In this document: in pieces, positions 48,764 through 58,900 of the stretch
How the letters are laid out: each line of letters opens with the position of its first letter
Position numbering within the stretch: position 1 is the stretch's first letter
Assembly: GCA_964036045.1 (NCBI GenBank)
Contig: OZ038378.1
Location: forward strand, 5,146,001-5,210,000
Reading direction: 5' to 3'
DNA from: Eutreptiella sp. 'Long Island Sound 2002'
Lineage: Eukaryota; Protista; Euglenida
DNA length: 64,000 nucleotides
The notes under the pieces: generated by a model
Told to the model about the DNA's origin: nothing
Database searches by the model: none
The model's input: the letters and a program-made list of their open reading frames with translations, nothing else
Program-made: the position numbers and the translations under genes

Positions 48764-49342
48764 AAGATGGAAGCCAAGTGAGAAGCGGACAAGCCCCACC
48801 CGCGGGTGACAAGAGGGCGTGGAAGCGCACGGTCGCACAGTTCTGACGGCGTCAAGGTGACGGGGTGCAGCTTGTTCAGCGCAGTGCCGAGCACAAAGGC
48901 GCGACCCGGAACGCACCATGGCATGGCCTAGGCCTTGAAGCAAGAGGGACTGAGACCGGGCGCCAAGCGACCCAGGAACCCAAGGGACGGGCAACCCGGC
49001 GCCGGGTGAAGAAAGAAGAACAATGAAAGCAAAAAGCCTGATGGAAAGGAGAGTCTCACACCATCAACATGGCTCTGCTGGGGAGGAGAGGATCCTCCAG
49101 CCACCGAGACTCACACTGGGGAGCCGCGGCCCCCAGTGATACAGCAACAAGGCACAACGATGTGGTCTGAGGTACGGCCGTGGACGGGCCTCTGGACCCA
49201 TGCCCAATGGAGACGGCGCCGCAGTCTCCATTGGATGCGCCCCGGCTACCACAACGCGCAGCGAGCTTTCTCGCCGGCAGAGTAGGGGGCAAGGCCAAAC
49301 AACAGGCAGGGGGAAGGCAACCCCCGCACTTTTTTAGCCAGG

Positions 49343-50533
49343 GTGGTGACCAACACCGACCAAAACAAAACAATGAACTCTACACGTGCACCGAGTTCTT
49401 CTCGGGGGGTCCAATGGGGCCTCAGCGAGATGCCCGATGTGGCAACGCAAGCCCACCGGGGGCCGCGCTCTCAAGGGAGTGACCACGGCAGTAAGTCCCA
49501 GCGTGCTGGCACTGAGAAGCGAGCAGGGGAGAGACTCCTTCCCTCGCGTAGCAACTCAACCAGAAAAGGGACGCACCACGTCGTCAAGCGCCCGGACCAA
49601 GCCGGGAGAAGGGGGCCAGCAAGGGGCCCTACGCACCTCCACCCAACACGGGACACCACCGTCAACCCAACAACAACTCGCTCCTATGTTGAGGTGGTCC
49701 GGGGAGTCGCGCAACGAAGTGGGCGGCCAGCGACGGTAAGAGGCCCACCCCACGTCACCCGCTACATCCTACTCCCCCGTGCACCCACGCATCCCCCACA
49801 ACCCCCGTCCGCGCAGCAAAGGCATGAAGGAGAGGGTAGGGGGTTTGTGTTGCGCTCGCCAAAGGATGGACTGAGCGCGGGAACTTGGAGGAGAAAGGTT
49901 GTTATGTGCCCCCGTCGGGGAAACGACCCCGCAAGTGGCCATCCCAGGGCCCACCAGCCGCCGTTGGGGAGAGGTACCTCACCGCCGGCTTGGGATGGCC
50001 GCTTGGACGCACCTGGCCAACGGCGATGGCATTTGCCTTCCTCTGCGTGGACTCGACGCAGAGAAGTGAAACAGGGCAAGTCCGGGGGCTCCGTTGGCAC
50101 AACCGACCAAGGGAAAGGGAAGGGAAGGAGTATGGTGAGGCCGATGGGCACGGTGGCCTACAGAGGGAAAGGCCAAGGGAAGGGAAAGGGGAGGGGAGAG
50201 GGAAGGTTAGGGCAAGGAGGAAGAGGAAGGTCAAACGGTGGTGAGAAGCTGATGGGCACCACCGCCTATGGAGGGAAAGGGTCCAAGAGAAGGGCAGCGA
50301 ATGGCGATCGGCCAGTAGGCGCCGCCAGCTGCAGACGAGATCATCACACCATGGCGTCATGCCAAAACCCCCACATACCACGCCTGACGTGGAGTGCCCC
50401 CACACGGGGGCTGTATGGCGCGAAAGGCGCTCTACGTGCAGAAGAAGAGGCACGACAACAACCCCGTTGGTCACAAAGCCATGGAGCGGAAGCGTCGGAG
50501 CATTGGAGAGAAGTGAGGTGTGGAAAAGGATAG
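49343..50533 (+). CDS. Element ORF1 candidate (R/G/K-rich, 396 aa), same frame as ORF2 and separated from it by a single TAG
   Basis: Long open frame with SYVEVV and GKGKG repeats. The T-poor strand makes chance ORFs likely, and the third copy has a premature TAA at 55402. Confidence 0.3.
   Translation: MVTNTDQNKTMNSTRAPSSSRGVQWGLSEMPDVATQAHRGPRSQGSDHGSKSQRAGTEKRAGERLLPSRSNSTRKGTHHVVKRPDQAGRRGPARGPTHLHPTRDTTVNPTTTRSYVEVVRGVAQRSGRPATVRGPPHVTRYILLPRAPTHPPQPPSAQQRHEGEGRGFVLRSPKDGLSAGTWRRKVVMCPRRGNDPASGHPRAHQPPLGRGTSPPAWDGRLDAPGQRRWHLPSSAWTRRREVKQGKSGGSVGTTDQGKGKGRSMVRPMGTVAYRGKGQGKGKGRGEGRLGQGGRGRSNGGEKLMGTTAYGGKGSKRRAANGDRPVGAASCRRDHHTMASCQNPHIPRLTWSAPTRGLYGAKGALRAEEEARQQPRWSQSHGAEASEHWREVRCGKG
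49768..50372 (+). repeat. 605-bp direct repeat copy 2 (shared between the two units)
   Basis: Three substitutions seen versus copy 1. Confidence 0.95.
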
Positions 50534-50584
50534 GACACGAGATGGAGCAAGGGTGGAAAGGGAACATGGCTGCCAGAAGCAGGA

Positions 50585-53500
50585 TTGAAGGTGACCAACT
50601 ATTGGGGTGCTCTATATAGGAGGACGGCCCAAAAAGGAAAAGGCAAGGGAACCCTCGGAAGGCGAGGAACGGTTGACCCAGGTTGGGTGAATGATGAGGA
50701 GGGCGGAGGAGTTCGCTTGCAGAGCCAAACACCGGAATTGGGAAGGAGAAAAGGGATAGGGAAGGGGAAGGGAGGAAAAGGCAAAGGGAAGGGGAGACAA
50801 CACGTGGAACACACAGAAGCAAGGAGTGGAAGAGGAATCCGGCTGAGGATCCAGCATCAGCATCACCGAGGAATGGAACGCACCGAGGAAAGGAGAAGTA
50901 GGGGAATGGAAAGGAGGATGCACTATCCATGGTACAAAGAGAAGGTACCACTACAACAAACAACAGTGGAAGGAGAGGTGAGATGGACATGGCAGCAGCA
51001 TTTTGAGGATTGCCGCAGAGTTTGGCAAGAAGGTCCCAAAACACAAAAGTTGCGTCGATTGTGGCAACTAATAAAGGAAGAACAATGGAAATGGAGGACA
51101 AGTGGACAAGAACATCGGATCCCAAGATGGGAAGAGGAAGGAGTGGCGGAAGCATACATGATGTACCACAAGCCGACAGGCAAAGCGTACGCGGGAGTAG
51201 CGTACAATGGACACCAAGCACGGTTAAAGAAGAGATGGAGCAACCGTTGGGGGGATGAAGACTTGGTAAGTAGGGTGATGAGAACAAGTGAATCAATGGC
51301 GGATTGGATAGTATGGCCCGTGGAGAGGTTTCCCGGACAACGAAGAGGGCACATGGCGTTTTGGAGGAGGTCAAGCATGAGGGAGGGGTTTTGGGCCACA
51401 CACTTGGAATGTTGGTGGCCAAAAGGGTTCAATGAGGGAACGACAGGAGGGGAGCACAGGGAAGGGGCCAGAAGGGATTGGGCACACAGAAGGTACACAT
51501 TCCAGAGGGCGCACAGGGAAGGTTTGGTGACCTCGGAGGAGGCGAAATCAAGACGAACAAAGCCACAACCAAGAAAGGGTGAATGGCAAGTGGAGCTCCC
51601 CAAGGACATATTGGAGACATGGAACCAAGCAGTCCGGGAAGCGGCAAGCCAAGGGAAAGAGACCATGGGATTGTTGTGGGGGACAAGGACCGAAAATGGG
51701 GTCAAAGTAGGGGGTCTACACATACCAAGACACGACGTACAAACAAGCCACCACTGTGCAGTGGGAGATGAGGCGCTCACAGAGGCGGTCAGTTGGGGCG
51801 CATCCTTGGGAGGAAAATTGGTTGGTTGGATACACACGCATCCAGGACATGTGCCGGTGCTATCAGCCTTGGACGTGTGCACCCTCAACACAATTGGCCA
51901 AACGCTATGGTCAATTATACCGGAAGGAGGCCCAGCAGTTGGAGTGGTGCAAAGTTGGACCTCTCCAGCGGATGAAGTGGCGTGTGCCCCACTGAAGGGG
52001 GGTCTAAAGGCCTACACAATGTCCGTCTTGGGCATGGAGGTGGCAAACAGATGTGCCGCAATCCGCCGAAAGAAACCGGGAGTGGATCACCGGTATCACG
52101 AACATCTTGCTGGAGTTTGGGATGATGATGACCCTCACCCGGTTGGGAGGGAGCCGGAGGAAGTGCCGGTGGTCCTCGTGGAGGCCGAGGATGGTGGTTG
52201 TATGGACATGGGAAACAACAGGTGGTGGACCAAATGGTTGGGAGCAGGAAGCACACCTAAGGAAAAGGAGAACACCAAGCCCGACAACAATGAGGAGAGT
52301 GATAGCAGCACGAGCAGCAACGGGACAGCGAGCACGGTCGGACCAGAAGCTTGGTCGCAAAAGCGTGGTCCCAAGCACGCATGTGGGCTATGCTGCAGAC
52401 CGTTGAGGGCCAAGGAGGGAGCAGTGAGGTGCAGCCAGGGGCACTGGATGCACTTGAAGTGTGCTGGGGTCACTGTCTCCCAGGCGAAGAAGGTGTTCCG
52501 CAGCAACAGGGTGTTCCAGTGTAGGTGCAGAAAGGCAAGGCCAGCCAAATGGTTGCGGGAGGAAAGAGAGAGGCACAAGCAGAGGAGGAGAGAACAACGC
52601 AGCAAAGCGAGGAAGGCAGGGGTGGCGCCGGAGGAACAACCCCCAAGCCACAAGCACGGGCCGAACCACAGCAAAGTGACTCCGAGAGACCGGAAGTGGT
52701 TGGAGTGGATGGCCATCGCATTGTTCTCGGGGGAAGAGTAGCACTAACAGGCATGAAGAAAAAGATGGAATTGGAGGGGAAGACAGGTGAGGTTGAAAGC
52801 ATCATCCAGGAACAAGGAAAAGTAAGACTCCGAATGGACTGTGGCAGAAGGGTTTTGGTGTCATTGGATAGGGTCAGGGTGCAAGAGGTGGAGCACATGG
52901 GAGGCGCCGAGGACTCAAAAGCTGCCCAACAACAACAACACGGGGAAGAAACAAAAGGACGCGGGGTGGCGGGAGACAATGAACCGCACGGAAGAAAGGA
53001 GGAAAGGAGTGAAGAAGGAGAGATGGGAGGGCAGGAAGAAACATTTGAACTATGGAATGGGGTGAGGCTAGTAGGGATGAGACAACCGGAGTTGGAGGGC
53101 CACAAGGGGGTGTTGGAGGAGATCTACAAGGACAAAGTGCAAGTGTTGTTAGTGGGAGGGATGCGCCGAGTAAAAGTGGACAAGAAGAAGGTGGTCCCGG
53201 AGGTAGTTGAGCCCGTTGAGGTGCTGCCCCCGGGTTTTGAAGGATGGAGCTTTCTTGAACAGATTGGAGTGGGTAGTGCACCCACCATGGATGAAGTGAA
53301 GGCCGCATACAAAAAGTGGGTGTTGCGGTTACATCCGGACAAGAACATGAACAACATTGCCAAAGCCACCCACCTGTTCAAAAGGTTGACCTCCGGCTAC
53401 GAGGGATGGAAAAGTGCGCCCGGGGTGACACCGCCAAGGCCGGCGGAGGAACCACCCAACTACCAGTTCAACCCCACATACTTTCGATCCAATTTCTGCA

Positions 53501-54051
53501 ACAGCACAAGTTCGGCGGGGCAAACAGCCCCGGAGGAAGCGCCACCAAGTGCCAAAAACCCAGAAACGGAGGGCGATGGAGAGGGTTTTTGGTCTTTCTT
53601 GTGGGGAAGCAAAAGGCCCGGTCGTTCCGAACATGCGAGTGGAATGGGGGCTAGCCACGGTGAGGGTACACCGAAGGGCGCACCGCCACCGGGGTCGGGA
53701 ACGCAACGGACCCGGCGCCTCTTGTTCCATGAGAAGTTCCGGTGGCACACGCACCACGTCCGCGCCATCCAAGCGGACCGGATCCTCGCTGAGAAAAGGA
53801 GGAGAGGGTGGTTCTCCGACTACCCCGAGGCAGGAAGCAACATGTACTTATTGGCACCAGACCAGGTGAACAAAGTGCGAGTGCTAGCCTCAACGGTATG
53901 GGTGCCGGAGGTGAGACGTTGGGAGCCGGAGGTGTTCATCATCGGGGAGGGCATCAACTTCACAGTGGAGGACACAACCAGGTTGATGCAAAACTTGCAC
54001 AGGGCAAACGTGATTGCCGAGCAAGTAGGCATCCGGCTGTACAAGGAGTAG
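50585..54051 (+). pseudogene. Element ORF2 copy 2 with a 1-bp deletion frameshift (C6 to C5 near 52640)
   Basis: Matches 45296-48763 apart from a few substitutions and is split into the 718-aa and 508-aa ORFs. The indel could be a homopolymer sequencing error. Confidence 0.85.
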
Positions 54052-55055
54052 AAGATGGAAGCCAAGTGAGAAGCGGACAAGCCCCACCCGCGGGTGACAA
54101 GAGGGCGTGGAAGCGCACGGTCGCACAGTTCTGACGGCGTCAAGGTGACGGGGTGCAGCTTGTTCAGCGCAGTGCCGAGCACAAAGGCGCGACCCGGAAC
54201 GCACCATGGCATGGCCTAGGCCTTGAAGCAAGAGGGACTGAGACCGGGCGCCAAGCGACCCAGGAACCCAAGGGACGGGCAACCCGGCGCCGGGTGAAGA
54301 AAGAAGAACAATGAAAGCAAAAAGCCTGATGGAAAGGAGAGTCTCACACCATCAACATGGCTCTGCTGGGGAGGAGAGGATCCTCCAGCCACCGAGACTC
54401 ACACTGGGGAGCCGCGGCCCCCAGTGATACAGCAACAAGGCACAACGATGTGGTCTGAGGTACGGCCGTGGACGGGCCTCTGGACCCATGCCCAATGGAG
54501 ACGGCGCCGCAGTCTCCATTGGATGCGCCCCGGCTACCACAACGCGCAGCGAGCTTTCTCGCCGGCAGAGTAGGGGGCAAGGCCAAACAACAGGCAGGGG
54601 GAAGGCAACCCCCGCACTTTTTTAGCCAGGGTGGTGACCAACACCGACCAAAACAAAACAATGAACTCTACACGTGCACCGAGTTCTTCTCGGGGGGTCC
54701 AATGGGGCCTCAGCGAGATGCCCGATGTGGCAACGCAAGCCCACCGGGGGCCGCGCTCTCAAGGGAGTGACCACGGCAGTAAGTCCCAGCGTGCTGGCAC
54801 TGAGAAGCGAGCAGGGGAGAGACTCCTTCCCTCGCGTAGCAACTCAACCAGAAAAGGGACGCACCACGTCGTCAAGCGCCCGGACCAAGCCGGGAGAAGG
54901 GGGCCAGCAAGGGGCCCTACGCACCTCCACCCAACACGGGACACCACCGTCAACCCAACAACAACTCGCTCCTATGTTGAGGTGGTCCGGGGAGTCGCGC
55001 AACGAAGTGGGCGGCCAGCGACGGTAAGAGGCCCACCCCACGTCACCCGCTACAT

Positions 55056-55660
55056 CCTACTCCCCCGTGCACCCACGCATCCCCCACAACCCCCGTCCGC
55101 GCAGCAAAGGCATGAAGGAGAGGGTAGGGGGTTTGTGTTGCGCTCGCCAAAGGATGGACTGAGCGCGGGAACTTGGAGGAGAAAGGTTGTTATGTGCCCC
55201 CGTCGGGGAAACGACCCCGCAAGTGGCCATCCCAGGGCCCACCAGCCGCCGTTGGGGAGAGGTACCTCACCGCCGGCTTGGGATGGCCGCTTGGACGCAC
55301 CTGGCCAACGGCGATGGCATTTGCCTTCCTCTGCGTGGACTCGACGCAGAGAAGTGAAACAGGGCAAGTCCGGGGGCTCCGTTGGCACAACCGACCAAGG
55401 GTAAGGGAAGGGAAGGAGTGTGGTGAGGCCGATGGGCACGGTGGCCTACAGAGGGAAAGGCCAAGGGAAGGGAAAGGGGAGGGGAGAGGGAAGGTTAGGG
55501 CAAGGAGGAAGAGGAAGGTCAAAGGGTGGTGAGAAGCTGATGGGCACCACCGCCTATGGAGGGAAAGGGTCCAAGGGAAGGGCAGCCAATGGCGATCGGC
55601 CAGTAGGCGCCGCCAGCTGCAGACGAGATCATCACACCATGGCGTCATGCCAAAACCCCC
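55056..55660 (+). repeat. 605-bp direct repeat copy 3 (3' end of the array)
   Basis: Homology to the unit stops after GCCAAAACCCCC. Confidence 0.95.
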
Positions 55661-55927
55661 CCCCGCGACCCCTCCAACCTTCCCTTTGCAGTTAGCAACC
55701 TTTGCAACAAGGTGTTGTTCAGACATATACGGCACGATGCCCCCCCCCCCCCACCACCACCACTTCATCATAACGGGCAGGGTACAGGGACGGGGAATAA
55801 TAATATTGGGAGTTGTGCAGGGCGAGGGGGCCCAATTTTGTGCCGACTGACCATGGCGATGCAGCATCCCGCTTGCAACCCTCTGCATGTATACCATTTA
55901 TCTTTACCTGAAGCACGAGGTGGCACC

Positions 55928-58900
55928 ATGGATCATTTGCCCAAGAACAAGCTGCTCCGGGAAATGGCAAGGAGACCTGCCTTTGGTATCTTCTGTTCCC
56001 TGCCCCCTGTCGCTGGAGGTCCCGTGTATTCAGCAGTTGATAGCACCAAGCAGGAGAAAGAAACATAGGGTCTGCAGCATTCAGTGCAGCCTTTGTCAGA
56101 TGTTTATCTAGGTTGCTCTAGGCGACTAGGCCTCTAGGGTGCATCCAGGCTACTCTAGGGTGCATCTAGGCTACTCCTGGATGCATATAGGCTACTCTAG
56201 GGTGCATGCAGGCTACTCTGGGGCATATAGGCAACTGTCGGGTGCATGTAGGCTACTGAGGGTACTCCAGGGTGTTTGACATGATAATGGCTGATGGTTC
56301 GGCAACAGCGAAAGACAAGGACTGAGGTCATCTTGTTTGATGGTATAGTGTACATGGAACACAGCATGAGGGTGTGATTGATGCGGTCAACCTGTTTGCA
56401 TTGCACCATGTCACCGCTACTTTCTTCAGTTTTGAATGCATTTGTGAGCAGGCCTATGCTGCCCTACCCATGCAGCTCCAAAGGCTCCAAAGCATCCTGC
56501 TGTTGCCACTCTTGGTCCTGCAGTGGCTGCCCTCCCTCTCAGATGTCCGGCGCTGGTCGCGTGCGTATGCAACATTCGGCCCTCAGCAGTTGCTCTTCCA
56601 TTTTCGCATGCGTGGCATCCGCAGCTGTGTGGCTTGTGGTAGACTGATTCTGCCTGGCGAGAAGTATTATGAATGTGGCCACTGCAACGACTACAACGTG
56701 TGTGCGAGCTGCCACCGGGACACTGTGCAACGACCCAGTGCATGTGTTCTGGACAGGCAGCACTGCATGTTCTTGGAGCACGAGGTGTTAGTAGTGAACG
56801 TGCAGCCACTGCTTGCAAAAGCCTGCTGCACCGCCGACGCTCTTATGGTGGCCTTCTCTGCCTATGCCCAGCGCCCCTGCCTTGGACATCGGCCTCAGGA
56901 GGGGCACACAGGTCACACAACCTCCTCTCTCTGTGGCGAGCAGGTTACACGCGGGTTGTGCATCAACATCACCTGCAGCAACCGCAAAAGAGGCAACGTG
57001 CCATAATTCGGGGGCTGCCCCCCATCAGTGGCAGAGTTTGCCATTGACACCCCTTCAGGCAGGCCAGCGCTTGAGGGGGGCAGGGCCGGCGGCCCAAGAA
57101 GGGGATTGCTGGCCGATGTGCTGTCGTGCACCATCAATCGTGCTCAATGTCAACTGTCAATGATGGATACACAGTGTAGCTTTGCTTGGCGCATGGTGCA
57201 CACATTATGGCAACCGCCACCACCAAATAAGGGTTGTGCCAAGCCACCTTGCTGTTGAAGGTCTAGCAAGTGGGCTAATCATCGGCTGAAAATTGCTTGC
57301 CACATTTCAATAGCAACAAGCATGCAAGCCTCCAGCACGATGCCTAGATAATTCGTGGTCTTCTTTTGCTTACATGCAAAATTTTCACACCACCCCAATT
57401 ATAAGCACGCGCTTGCTTATTTTTTTTTGCTTGCTTATAATTGTTGCTTGGTTATCATCGGAGCATCCCCTGTTTTCACTACAGAAAGATGGCTCTCCCT
57501 GACACCAATGACCCCCATTTCTTTTATGCTTTGCCGGTTGCAGCTGAGGGCTCTGGTGCTCCAGCCGCGAAGCCTAGGAGCTGCGCCAGCCAGGGAGGGG
57601 GTAGGGCGGTACATGTAGCCCAGCCAGCCAGCTACCGAGCGCCGAGCAATCGGGCCCCCCTTGGTAACTCTATTTGGAGGTCCCACAAATAGTGCCATGG
57701 AGGTTACAGGACATTGCACCATGGGAGGTGGGGGGGTTCGTTCGTGCCACCTATCACATGGGCGTGCGTCAACCCCATGGCTGCCAATGAGCCTTGGATA
57801 CATCTGCGTATCTACAGCACAGGTGGACCAAATGGCAGCAAGCAAGCAACAATGAATGGAAAGGCAAAGGTAGAGCCATGGCCGATGCCAGTTTCCCTAT
57901 CATGCCTCGCGCCCCATCAAGCTGATTCCGGCAGAAAAGCGCGCTCATACAATGTGCATGTGTTCCTGGCTTGCTGTTGGTCAGGCCTGGGATGGCACCT
58001 TCTGGCCACTTGTGATACTACAGACTGCACCTGGTTTGTGCATCTACTGTGCAACCCATGACAAGTAGATGGGAGGCTGCCAATTGTGTTAAGGAGCACA
58101 AGTTGAATAATAAACAGTTGGTCAAGGTTTGGTACCCCCTACATTCAATTGCACCCTCAGAACAGTTCGGTGTATAACCTGTAAACTTGGCTCCAATTTG
58201 CACATTGGTAGGGCTTGTAGGGCATGCACCCACTAGGCTCTCTTTCAGCATCCACTGTTTTGCATAGTTCCAGCAAGGTTATCATGTTGTTATCATCAAA
58301 AATCAGATCTTTTTAAATCTGCGTGTTCAGACTGGCTGGTCTCTGGGCTTGTGACCATCCCCATACAAGCCTGATGTCAAGGTGACACTTCCAAGGGGGG
58401 GGGGCAATTGGCAACTTGCAACCACCAGTCCTCCTGACTGAGGGAGCCGGAGGGGACACAGTTAGGCCACCAAAGGCGCCAAGTAGTTAAAAGCGGGGAG
58501 CTGGAGGTCTTCCTGCTGCCGAGCCGAAAAAGACAAGCCTGAGCCAGGTTGATGCCGTCCGGGGTGCACATAGCTGCACACAACGTGTTCATGCCAGACG
58601 TGGAGGATAGTAGCTGATGCTGATGCTGATGGGCTGTACCCACCCGTATTCTTTCCCAAGTATACGCATGACGAAAGCGTAAAATCTGGTGTATTTTTGT
58701 CGCTTGTTGAGTTTGCCCCTGCCGTTTTTTTCTTGCTTTGGATGGGCATGTTATCGGGAATGGATTGCTCCACAGGCAACTGCTCGAACTCTTGAGGTGC
58801 TCATGCACATGTTTGGCGTGCCAGCACATCTCGCTCGTTTCCATTCTACTGGATGTGATTCATGGATCGCCCTCGATGGCACACACTGCACTCAACTTGC

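Larger units (their letters stand above)
44479..55660 (+). mobile_element. Head-to-tail 2.1-mer of a 5289-bp GIY-YIG/JAMM/PHD/KOW/DnaJ-encoding element (Penelope-like architecture, RT-less)
   Basis: Near-identical period of 5289/5288 bp. The 605-bp terminal segment is present three times. Flanked by the duplicated CCCCCCCCCGCG (44467-44478, 55656-55667). Confidence 0.9.

Noticed and set aside
44479-55660. LTR retrotransposon interpretation of the 605-bp repeats
   Set aside because: No TG...CA termini and no gag, protease, RT or integrase motifs. A shared middle repeat plus a C-tract TSD fits a partial tandem better.
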